Assembly (NCBI GenBank): GCA_963811165.1
Contig: CAWEQH010000004.1
Span: 704,001-768,000, forward strand
Origin: an uncultured Nitrospiraceae bacterium
GTDB lineage: Bacteria > Nitrospirota > Thermodesulfovibrionia > Thermodesulfovibrionales > UBA6898
Length of the DNA stretch: 64,000 nucleotides
Reading direction: 5' to 3'
Shown: positions 56,041 to 64,000 of the stretch, piece after piece
Numbering within the stretch: position 1 is the stretch's first letter
Layout of the letters: each line of letters starts with the position of its first letter
Notes under the pieces: generated by a model
The model's database searches: none
Told to the model about the DNA's origin: nothing
The model's input: the letters and a program-made list of their open reading frames with translations, nothing else
Made by a program: the position numbers and the translations under genes

Positions 56041-58521
56041 ATGAATGAAAAAATATTAGAGGGCATAGAAGGATGGTTCAGCGAGTTTAAGGGTGGAATA
56101 GCTTTGGCCGAGCTCTATACGACGAAGATGGACAGGATCATTCTGGACATTTTCAGTTCGGCGGGTGGCGACGTGAGGGCGGTTCTTATCGCTACCGGGG
56201 GGTATGGTCGCAGTGAACTCTGTCCTTATTCTGATGTCGACATCATGTTCTTTGCCCCTGACAGGGCAGATACCGAAGGCGTGGAACGCATACTATATAA
56301 GCTTTGGGATACCGGATTCGATATCAGTCACTCCTTCCGGACCCCTGGGGAATGCGTCGAAGAGGCATCTAAAGACATGAAAACGCGGACGTCTCTTCTT
56401 GAAGCACGCTACATTGCGGGAGACAAAAGACTCTTTGACATCTTCAAAACTAAAGTCTATCCGGAGATCGCCTATAGAAAACAGAAAGACTTTGTCAGAG
56501 AAAAATTGCTCGAGATGGAAAAAAGGCATATTAGTTCGGGTGATTCGGTATTTCTCCTTGAACCTCATATAAAAGATGGGGAAGGTGGGCTTAGGGATAT
56601 CCACACCGCTTACTGGCTTTCGAAGGTGGCTATGAAGATCGACAAATTCTCCGATTTTTCAAGACTTCTGGGTCCGCATGACTACAAGCGTTTCAGCGGC
56701 GCTTACGATTTCCTTCTGCGCTGCCGGTTCGGTCTCCATCTGGAAAGTCGCAGGAAGAATGATATCCTTTCCTTTGAATATCAGAAAAGTGTTGCGGCCA
56801 GGCTCGGGTTCAAGGATTCTGTGAAATTTACCGCCACGGAACGGTTTATGCGCTATTACTACCTGAAAAGCAGGATCATACGAGAGACCATGCACAAGGT
56901 TATGGTTGCATGCAGCAGGCATTATGTGCCGCCCCTCAGGGACTGGAGAATCAGGAAGATAAATGATGATTTTTCACTGTCGGGCGGGAAACTTATCTTG
57001 ACGAAAGAGGGTCTGTTTGCCCGGAATCCCGAAAAGATCATGGAGGCCTTTTTTCTTTTTTCGAAGACAGGCAAGAAGTTCAGCGACACGACCAGGGAAA
57101 AGATAAAGTCGGCTCTTCTGCATATAAACAAAAGGACGAGATCTTCGCCTTCATCGGTGCATTATTTTCTCGAAATTATCAGAGGGGAGCGCGTGTACGA
57201 CACCTTGAGGGAGATGCATGAGACCGGAGTACTGGGGAGGTTTGTCCCCGAGGTCGGCGTCCTGAGGCAGCTCGTAGTACATGAACCATATCACATGTAT
57301 ACAGTCGATGAACATACCCTGCTCGCCCTACGAAACCTGGAGAGGCTGAGGACAACGCGGTATCAAAACCTCGAGGAGTTCCACCATATCATCAAGGGTA
57401 TGGATCGAATCGACACCCTCTTTATGGCGCTTCTGTTTCATGATATCGGCAAGGCGGCGGGAAGACGGCATGAGGAGGAGGGATATAAGAGGCTGAAGAA
57501 CATTATGGAGAGATTTAATCTCGATGTAAAAGTAAGGACGAGAATAGAATTCCTGGTGAAAAATCATATCCTGATGTCCAAGATAGCCCTGAAGATGGAG
57601 ACGTCAGACGGCGAAGTGGTCGCGATGTTTGCCGATGCGGTCGAAGACGCGGAGAACCTTAAGGCTATATATCTTATTACCTATGCGGATATGTCCGCGG
57701 TCAACCCCGGTTTCTGGAATTCCTGGAAGTCCTATCTTTTAAAGGAATTATACGATCACACTATGGACTATCTCTTAGGTATTAAGGAAGGGCGAGACGA
57801 ATATCTGAGCGGGCTCCGCGAGATTTGTCCCAAAAATCTACTGCAGGGCCTCATGGATTTTGTCGGTGAGATGCCGGACAGATATCTGTTTTCCACGACG
57901 AGAAACCGGATCATCGAGGATTACGGACTCGTGCAAAAAGCGAGGGCAAGCGGCTTCGCAATGCGTACAGATCCTGGGCCTCATGAGGTTGTGGATCTTT
58001 CAATCAGCGCCAATGACCGTCCGGGCCTTTTTTCGAGGATAGTGGGGTTTCTTACTTCAAGGGGCCTCAATATTGTGAGCGGAAAGATATTTACGGGCAA
58101 AAGGGGGGGCGTCATCGACAAAATTACGGTTTCAAACTGGAAAGATCTTTGGTGGGAGGGGTTTGAAGAGGATCTGCATGAGGGCTTAAAAGGCATTATC
58201 ACGAAGGGCAGTCCCCTTGCAGTGGCAAGCCGTCCGGTCCGGACGGAGAGCCCCTTCGACATTTTCATAGAGCTCGACAACGAGGTGTCCGATGAATTTA
58301 CCCTTATCGAAATTTTCTCTCCCGACAGGCTGGGACTGTTGTACGACATAGCGAGTACCATGTATCTTCATGGCGTAAATATCATTTCGGCGCGGATAAA
58401 TACGGACGGCGGGTTGGCCCAGGACATATTTTATGTGCAGTCAGAAAAGGATAAAATGGATTATAGTAAAGCATTGGAAATTCTCTCTGAATTATGGATG
58501 ATCCTAAAAGGAAAAGAATAA
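56041..58521 (+). CDS. glnD: [protein-PII] uridylyltransferase
   Basis: GGYGRSEL.PYSDVD, EPHIKDGEGGLRD, HMYTVDEH, HDIGK, two ACT domains (DRPGL, DRLGLL). Confidence 0.96.
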   Translation: MNEKILEGIEGWFSEFKGGIALAELYTTKMDRIILDIFSSAGGDVRAVLIATGGYGRSELCPYSDVDIMFFAPDRADTEGVERILYKLWDTGFDISHSFRTPGECVEEASKDMKTRTSLLEARYIAGDKRLFDIFKTKVYPEIAYRKQKDFVREKLLEMEKRHISSGDSVFLLEPHIKDGEGGLRDIHTAYWLSKVAMKIDKFSDFSRLLGPHDYKRFSGAYDFLLRCRFGLHLESRRKNDILSFEYQKSVAARLGFKDSVKFTATERFMRYYYLKSRIIRETMHKVMVACSRHYVPPLRDWRIRKINDDFSLSGGKLILTKEGLFARNPEKIMEAFFLFSKTGKKFSDTTREKIKSALLHINKRTRSSPSSVHYFLEIIRGERVYDTLREMHETGVLGRFVPEVGVLRQLVVHEPYHMYTVDEHTLLALRNLERLRTTRYQNLEEFHHIIKGMDRIDTLFMALLFHDIGKAAGRRHEEEGYKRLKNIMERFNLDVKVRTRIEFLVKNHILMSKIALKMETSDGEVVAMFADAVEDAENLKAIYLITYADMSAVNPGFWNSWKSYLLKELYDHTMDYLLGIKEGRDEYLSGLREICPKNLLQGLMDFVGEMPDRYLFSTTRNRIIEDYGLVQKARASGFAMRTDPGPHEVVDLSISANDRPGLFSRIVGFLTSRGLNIVSGKIFTGKRGGVIDKITVSNWKDLWWEGFEEDLHEGLKGIITKGSPLAVASRPVRTESPFDIFIELDNEVSDEFTLIEIFSPDRLGLLYDIASTMYLHGVNIISARINTDGGLAQDIFYVQSEKDKMDYSKALEILSELWMILKGKE

Positions 58522-61500
58522 AAAGTCTTGCGTACCTGATCCCCCTTGCGGTGGTCATCGGGATCTCGGCGTTTATACTCCGCGGCCCTCACATCTCAAA
58601 CGCCCTGAAAAAGCTTATTCTGCCGGAGCTTGAACAGATCGTCGGCCGCAAGGTGATCGCACAAAAAATCTATATCAACCTCTTTCCCCTCTTTGTGGAA
58701 GCGAAGGGACTCAAAATGTTCGACGATAAGGGGGAGCGCATCTTTTTGGTCCAGAGGGCTAAGGCATATATTGAACTCACGGGTATCTTGGGCAAGGCAA
58801 TAAAGATCCGGAGGCTGGTGCTGAAAGAGCCGGAAATTACGACGGACCGAAAGCAGGCGGCAGAGATAGCGGACAATGTGAAGGCCTATCTGGAAAAGGT
58901 GAGGGATACCGCCTTTAAGGTAAAGATTAAGGCAGTGGAAGTGCAAAAGTGCGGCCTACACTATACGGATGAAGTGTACCGAGCTGTTTCTAAGATCGAC
59001 GGCCTCGACGGTGAGGTGATTATCGGCGAGTGGCAGCGTGTAAATGTCTCGCTCCGAAAGTTTGACGTGAAAAAAGAAGGCTGGCCAGATGTCTCCGGAA
59101 ATGCCGATGTTGCCTTTTCCGTGAAGGACGGCAATGTCCGGATAAAGAGGCTTGTAATAGGTTCCTTCGGTTCAACGATTGCCGGGACCGGAGAATATGC
59201 AGGGGCAAAGGCGAGTTTTAAGGCCAAGATCGACCTGTTTTTGGAGACGGTGAAGAAGATCTTCGGGCTCAAAAGGTCCGGCGAAGGAGAGGTGCGGATA
59301 GGGGGACTTGTCAACTATATAAATAAGGGGGTTACCCTCGACCTGAAGGTCGACGGGAAATTTTATATACAGACCCTTATGGAACTGCTCAAGGTCAAGG
59401 AGCGGATCGAAGGGCTGATAGACCTGAAGGCGACTCTCACCGGCCCGCTTAGTCATATCGTGGGCAGAGGTACTGCCGTGCTGACAGGTGGCAATCTTTT
59501 TGATGTGGATGTAAAGCGTTTGAAATGCGAGGTTTCCTATGCCGACGGTCTGATGAGTTTTACCGATGGCTCCGGCAGCCTCTACAATGGCAGCGCCAAG
59601 GTGTCGGCGTCGATAACCCTTCCCGTTGTCAACGCTTTTGCAGTCGATGTTGCCTTTACCTCAGTTGACAGCCGCCCTTTGTTCAAGCTTATCGGTTGGG
59701 ACCCGGGTGTCCCTGCGGGAAAGGTGAACGGTACCCTTTTGACTTCAGGTTCGGCATTTAACCCCGAGGGGAGGTTTGAATATAAGAGTGTTGAAAAGGG
59801 AAAAGATGTCTTTGGCAGAGTCAGGGACGTTTCCGGCACTTATCGAATGGCGAGTTCGATACTGGCGCTCTCCGACCTGAAAGTCGCTACCGGTCTTTCC
59901 GAAATCCAAGCCGGCGGAACGGTCGATATCGGGAAAAAATTCCTCGATATCGACTGCCGCATGAAGTCTTTTGATATTACCGATCTGACCGCGCCTTATT
60001 ATTCCAAGTTAAGGGGTACAGGCGGATTCAGGGGAAGCGTAGTCGGCACTTTCGATGATCCGGTCATAAGTGGACAGATCGCTATCGGAAATCCGGTCTT
60101 TGAAAAGTATTCTGCAGAAGCCATAAACGCGGAACTTACTTACAGGAAAGAGGCCCTCAATATCAGGGAGATGACGGTAAGGGGCAAAGGACAGTCTGCT
60201 GTTTTAAGCGGGGGGATCGCTTTTAAGGGGGCGAAGGCACTTTTCGATCTTTCAAGGCCCGAATACAGGCTGACGGCTTCGTTGAGGAACACTGATCTCG
60301 AAGGGTTCGCAAAGATATTCTATCCGGATTTCAAAGGCTCGGGGCGACTGCATGCCGACTTGACGATCGGCGGCAGCGCCGATAACCCCGATATCGGCGG
60401 GACTGCATCAGCAGATCGTGCAACGGTTTACAACTTGCCCTTTGATAAGGCCGATTTCAAATGGGCTTACAGGGACGCGAAACTCTCCTTTATGAATATG
60501 AGGGTCACCCGCGGCAAGTCGACGCTGACAGGGAATGCATCGATAGACGCGAAAGGCCATTTCTCTTACAGTGCCTCTTCGGACAAGGTACTTCTAAGCG
60601 ACATCGTCCGACGGGAGATCAAAGGCGACGCGGTATTCAGTCTAAAGAGCGAGGGGCACGGAACATTTGAGGATCCTTCAATCAGCCTGGACGCCAGGAT
60701 GATCGAGGGCAAACTAAAGGGCAAACCGGTCGGAAGTGGCACAATTTCCGCTTCGATAAAGGGCAAAGACATTTCCGTGAGTGCCCGCATTATTAACGAT
60801 AAGGTTTTGCTTACCGGCAGGGGCAGGTTTGAAAAGGAGATGCCTTGGGATGCCAGGATCGAGATGCAGAAGGGAAGATACGATTTCATTATAAGTGCAT
60901 TTCTTAAGGACGTCCCCGAGGACCTGATAGTGAGTATGAACGGGCAGGCGATCCTCCACGGGGACAAGAAACATATCGCCGGGTCTCTCACGTTGGACCA
61001 ACTGGCCCTTTCGATGTACGGCTATAGCTTTACGAGCGAGAAACAGATCAGGCTTGATTTGAATGACAGACGGATTTCGCTTGAAAAAATAACCATGAGA
61101 AGCGGGAACATGTCCCTGGGACTCGATGGAAACGTCGAACTTGGCAAAAATTACAATCTCAGCCTGGAGGGGAGTTCGTCCCTTTCCCCTCTGAAGGGTC
61201 TTTCGAGCAAGATAGGTCTTCTCAAAGGGGATGCTGAATTTGTCCTTAGCGTTACGGGGGACTGGGACAGCCCGGAGATCAACGGGGGAGTAACTCTCGA
61301 AAACGGGTCCTTCGGCCTGAAAGACTATTCATACAGGATCAGTGCCCTGAGCGGATATCTTTATATGGATAATGACAGGATTGTATTGCAGAAACTCTCC
61401 GGAAAGCTGGGGGGCGGAGACATAGACATCTCGGGTATCCTTTATCTGAAAAAGTTCTCTCTCAAGAGGTTCTATGTCGAGGCGGGTCTTCGCAATATCA

Positions 61501-62426
61501 CTGTCTCGCCATCCAATGAATTCAACATAAATTTCGGCGGGAACCTCCTCTATAAAGGGACCCCTGACTCACAGATGGTCTCCGGTGACTTGCAAATAAA
61601 CCGCGCAAGGTACAGGGAAAGGGTCGAGTGGAAGAGCTGGCTTCTTAGGACGAAGACGACGGCAAAGTACAAATCGGAAATATCCGGGCTCGAAAAGGCA
61701 GGGCTCAATATCAGGATTACCGGCAAGGACAATATTTTCATTGATAACAATGTGGCGCGTGCCTCCGTGAGTGCCGATATGGTCCTGAGGGGCTGGGTTT
61801 ACCGGCCTCTTCTTTTCGGAAGGATTGAGACGACCGACGGCACTGTATATTTTAGAAACAATGAATTCAGGATTCTCCATGCGAGCGTCGGTTTTTTCGA
61901 TCCCAACAGGATAAACCCCGTCATCGAGATCGCATCCGAGACCAGTGTCAAGGGATATAGGATCAAGATGAACCTCGAAGGGCAAATTGATCACTTCAAC
62001 ATGTCGCTCTCTTCCGACCCTGTCTTAAAGGAGATGGACATACTTTCGCTGCTCACTGTGGGCCAGACAGGGGGCGATCTGAAGGGGCTTGAGGGGGGTA
62101 TCGGCGCCGGGGAGGCAACGTCTTTCGTAACCGGCAAGCTTCAGGATGTGGTGGAGGAGAGACTCAGGACGATCACCGGCCTTGACAGGATGCAGATCGA
62201 CCCTCATGTCTCCAAAAAGACGGGGACTGTGGAGCCTGGAGTGACGTTTTCGAAGAGGTTGCTTGGGGACAAAGTATTTGTTACCTATACGAACGCGGTC
62301 CATTCATCCGAAGAGCAGATCATAAAGCTCGAGTATTTCCTTACCAAGAAGGTTTCACTCGTAGGGCTCAGGGATGAAAGGGGAATTGTGGGAGGGGACA
62401 TCCATTTCAGGTTCGAGTTTAAATGA
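58494..62426 (+). CDS. tamB: translocation/assembly module TamB-family protein
   Basis: N-terminal TM, long beta-rich repeats (G..DxP.I.G), DUF490-like C-terminus ending FRFEFK. Confidence 0.85.
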   Translation: MDDPKRKRIKSLAYLIPLAVVIGISAFILRGPHISNALKKLILPELEQIVGRKVIAQKIYINLFPLFVEAKGLKMFDDKGERIFLVQRAKAYIELTGILGKAIKIRRLVLKEPEITTDRKQAAEIADNVKAYLEKVRDTAFKVKIKAVEVQKCGLHYTDEVYRAVSKIDGLDGEVIIGEWQRVNVSLRKFDVKKEGWPDVSGNADVAFSVKDGNVRIKRLVIGSFGSTIAGTGEYAGAKASFKAKIDLFLETVKKIFGLKRSGEGEVRIGGLVNYINKGVTLDLKVDGKFYIQTLMELLKVKERIEGLIDLKATLTGPLSHIVGRGTAVLTGGNLFDVDVKRLKCEVSYADGLMSFTDGSGSLYNGSAKVSASITLPVVNAFAVDVAFTSVDSRPLFKLIGWDPGVPAGKVNGTLLTSGSAFNPEGRFEYKSVEKGKDVFGRVRDVSGTYRMASSILALSDLKVATGLSEIQAGGTVDIGKKFLDIDCRMKSFDITDLTAPYYSKLRGTGGFRGSVVGTFDDPVISGQIAIGNPVFEKYSAEAINAELTYRKEALNIREMTVRGKGQSAVLSGGIAFKGAKALFDLSRPEYRLTASLRNTDLEGFAKIFYPDFKGSGRLHADLTIGGSADNPDIGGTASADRATVYNLPFDKADFKWAYRDAKLSFMNMRVTRGKSTLTGNASIDAKGHFSYSASSDKVLLSDIVRREIKGDAVFSLKSEGHGTFEDPSISLDARMIEGKLKGKPVGSGTISASIKGKDISVSARIINDKVLLTGRGRFEKEMPWDARIEMQKGRYDFIISAFLKDVPEDLIVSMNGQAILHGDKKHIAGSLTLDQLALSMYGYSFTSEKQIRLDLNDRRISLEKITMRSGNMSLGLDGNVELGKNYNLSLEGSSSLSPLKGLSSKIGLLKGDAEFVLSVTGDWDSPEINGGVTLENGSFGLKDYSYRISALSGYLYMDNDRIVLQKLSGKLGGGDIDISGILYLKKFSLKRFYVEAGLRNITVSPSNEFNINFGGNLLYKGTPDSQMVSGDLQINRARYRERVEWKSWLLRTKTTAKYKSEISGLEKAGLNIRITGKDNIFIDNNVARASVSADMVLRGWVYRPLLFGRIETTDGTVYFRNNEFRILHASVGFFDPNRINPVIEIASETSVKGYRIKMNLEGQIDHFNMSLSSDPVLKEMDILSLLTVGQTGGDLKGLEGGIGAGEATSFVTGKLQDVVEERLRTITGLDRMQIDPHVSKKTGTVEPGVTFSKRLLGDKVFVTYTNAVHSSEEQIIKLEYFLTKKVSLVGLRDERGIVGGDIHFRFEFK

Positions 62427-62451
62427 CAAGAAATACGGGAAGATCTGAAAC

Positions 62452-64000
62452 ATGAAGTTTGCAAGTACTGTCTTTTACTTTCTTTCGTTCCTTTCGGCGC
62501 TGATAGTGATGTTGCCCGGGCAGACGGGTGCGGTGACCGCCGGGAAGGTCGATATCAGGGGGCTTTCTTCGATCGGCCGGGAGGAATTTATGGATATTCT
62601 CGGCATTATCCCCGGGGGGGATGTCGATAAGGAGTTGGTGAGGAACGGCATAAAGCGCGCTTTTTTGAAAGGGTTCTTCGACGACATCATCGTGAGGGTG
62701 CCTGACGGAGAAAACCCCGTAGTCGAAGTGGAAGTGAAGGAGAGGGACTTTATAGAAAAGATAGATGTGAAGAATGATACCGGCATAAGAGATAAGACGA
62801 TAAAGGAACTCTTCATGCTGAAGGCGGACAGTGCGATGCGGTATGACCTGCTCGACACAGCCGTGGCCCGCCTGAGGGAAAGTTTTGCAAGCTACGGATA
62901 CCCTGAAGCGGCCATCGACGTAAAGGTAGAGAGGACCGGCAAACCTTACCGGGTAAATATTGCGCTTAAGATCGAGGGCGGCCCGTCCCTTATCATAAAG
63001 CACATCAATATCGTTTGGCCCCCTTCATACGGGTCTGAGACGGAAGGCGGGGGACGGATAGTTTTGAGTGAATTGAAATTGTCGCCCGGAGATGTCTTCA
63101 GCAGGATAAAACTCGACGCCAATCTCAGGAATGTCAGGGAGTATCTTAAGAAAAAGGGATATTACAAACCAAAGGTAGGGCCTTATTCATACAAGGATGG
63201 TGACCTCGATATTGCGGTCGACCCGGGTAAGAAGCTGTCGGTCTTCGTAGACGGCAATAGTGCTGTTTCCACAAAAAACCTTCTCAAGGAGGCTCCTTTT
63301 TTTGAGATAGAGGACTTCCGGGACGAAGTAATCGGAGAGGCTGTCGACAGGATGCTGGCGCTGTACCATAGTAAAGGGTACGCATTTGCCCAGATTGCCC
63401 CGGTCGTCAACTCCGACTCTCAGCGCATTACTATTACCTTCTTCGTTTTCGAGGGCGAGAGGGTGAAGATAAAGTCAGTTAAATTTGTAGGCGTCAGTCT
63501 GCCCCACGAGAGACTCAAGGAAGTCATGACCTTGACCGAAGGCGAGGTTTACAACCCCGATCAGGTGGAAAAGGACAAGGATTCGCTGAAGGAGTTTTAC
63601 GGGGCCCTTGGATATCTGGAAGCTTCAGTGAGGGAAATTGAGATCAAGATCGACAAGGAGCAGCACGCGGCGCAGCTCGTTGTCGATATCGATGAAGGGA
63701 AAAAGACCGTGATCGGGGCGGTCGATATAACAGGAACAAACCCTGAGACGAAAACGAAACTTGCAGTATTGGCAGGTCTTAAGCCGGGCGACGCTTACAA
63801 TGAGGTCGATATCTCGAATGCGAGGTTCCGGATCCTGGATTTCTATACAAACTCCGGATACACGAACGTTGATGTTACGGTCACGAGAAGCGTTGATAAT
63901 TATAAGGCATCTGTTGTCTTTAATGTGGTAGTGGGCGGTGAGAAGTTTTTCGGCAAGACAGTCATTATCGGCAATACGAAGACGAGGTATCGGGTATTCA
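62452..64000 (+). CDS. Omp85 (BamA/TamA)-family protein, POTRA region (3'-truncated by window edge)
   Basis: ATG 62452, signal peptide, repeated POTRA motifs (Y...GY....V, EG), downstream of tamB. Confidence 0.85.
   Translation, partial: MKFASTVFYFLSFLSALIVMLPGQTGAVTAGKVDIRGLSSIGREEFMDILGIIPGGDVDKELVRNGIKRAFLKGFFDDIIVRVPDGENPVVEVEVKERDFIEKIDVKNDTGIRDKTIKELFMLKADSAMRYDLLDTAVARLRESFASYGYPEAAIDVKVERTGKPYRVNIALKIEGGPSLIIKHINIVWPPSYGSETEGGGRIVLSELKLSPGDVFSRIKLDANLRNVREYLKKKGYYKPKVGPYSYKDGDLDIAVDPGKKLSVFVDGNSAVSTKNLLKEAPFFEIEDFRDEVIGEAVDRMLALYHSKGYAFAQIAPVVNSDSQRITITFFVFEGERVKIKSVKFVGVSLPHERLKEVMTLTEGEVYNPDQVEKDKDSLKEFYGALGYLEASVREIEIKIDKEQHAAQLVVDIDEGKKTVIGAVDITGTNPETKTKLAVLAGLKPGDAYNEVDISNARFRILDFYTNSGYTNVDVTVTRSVDNYKASVVFNVVVGGEKFFGKTVIIGNTKTRYRVF

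Noticed and set aside
62419..63003. 194-aa minus-strand ORF
   Set aside because: Antisense to the Omp85-family gene, which the ORF track missed because it runs off the window

Overview
Anaerobic-bacterium chromosome segment. The gene content (glnD-tamB-Omp85, coaD/rsmD, ilvBN, sigma54 systems, multiheme cytochromes) resembles Nitrospirota (Thermodesulfovibrionia) or deltaproteobacteria; this taxonomy is inference only. Main observations: (1) a sulfur-relay operon (27.3 to 24.1 kb, minus strand) with two hidden selenoprotein candidates, a thioredoxin-like NDPPGKRU protein and a DsrE-like UxxC protein, each an in-frame TGA followed by a GGTC-loop SECIS-like hairpin, upstream of dsrF/dsrH-like genes, an SQR-family flavoprotein and an ArsR regulator; (2) three separate minus-strand integron-type cassette arrays (about 4.7-8.0, 16.3-17.7 and 33.4-35.9 kb) with attC sites and attI-like heads, where the only integrase is an internally deleted intI remnant; (3) three diverged but structurally covarying ~200-nt non-coding elements in alternating orientation (36.5-37.25 kb); (4) a Lon protease with a receiver domain inserted in its AAA+ module, near two TauE/USP clusters and a sigma54 two-component system; (5) an FprA plus octaheme Hao-like pair, a NosL-ABC cluster without nosZ and a dodecaheme cytochrome; (6) three IS3-family elements and a MITE/REP composite repeat. 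All calls come from reading the sequence; no database searches were run.
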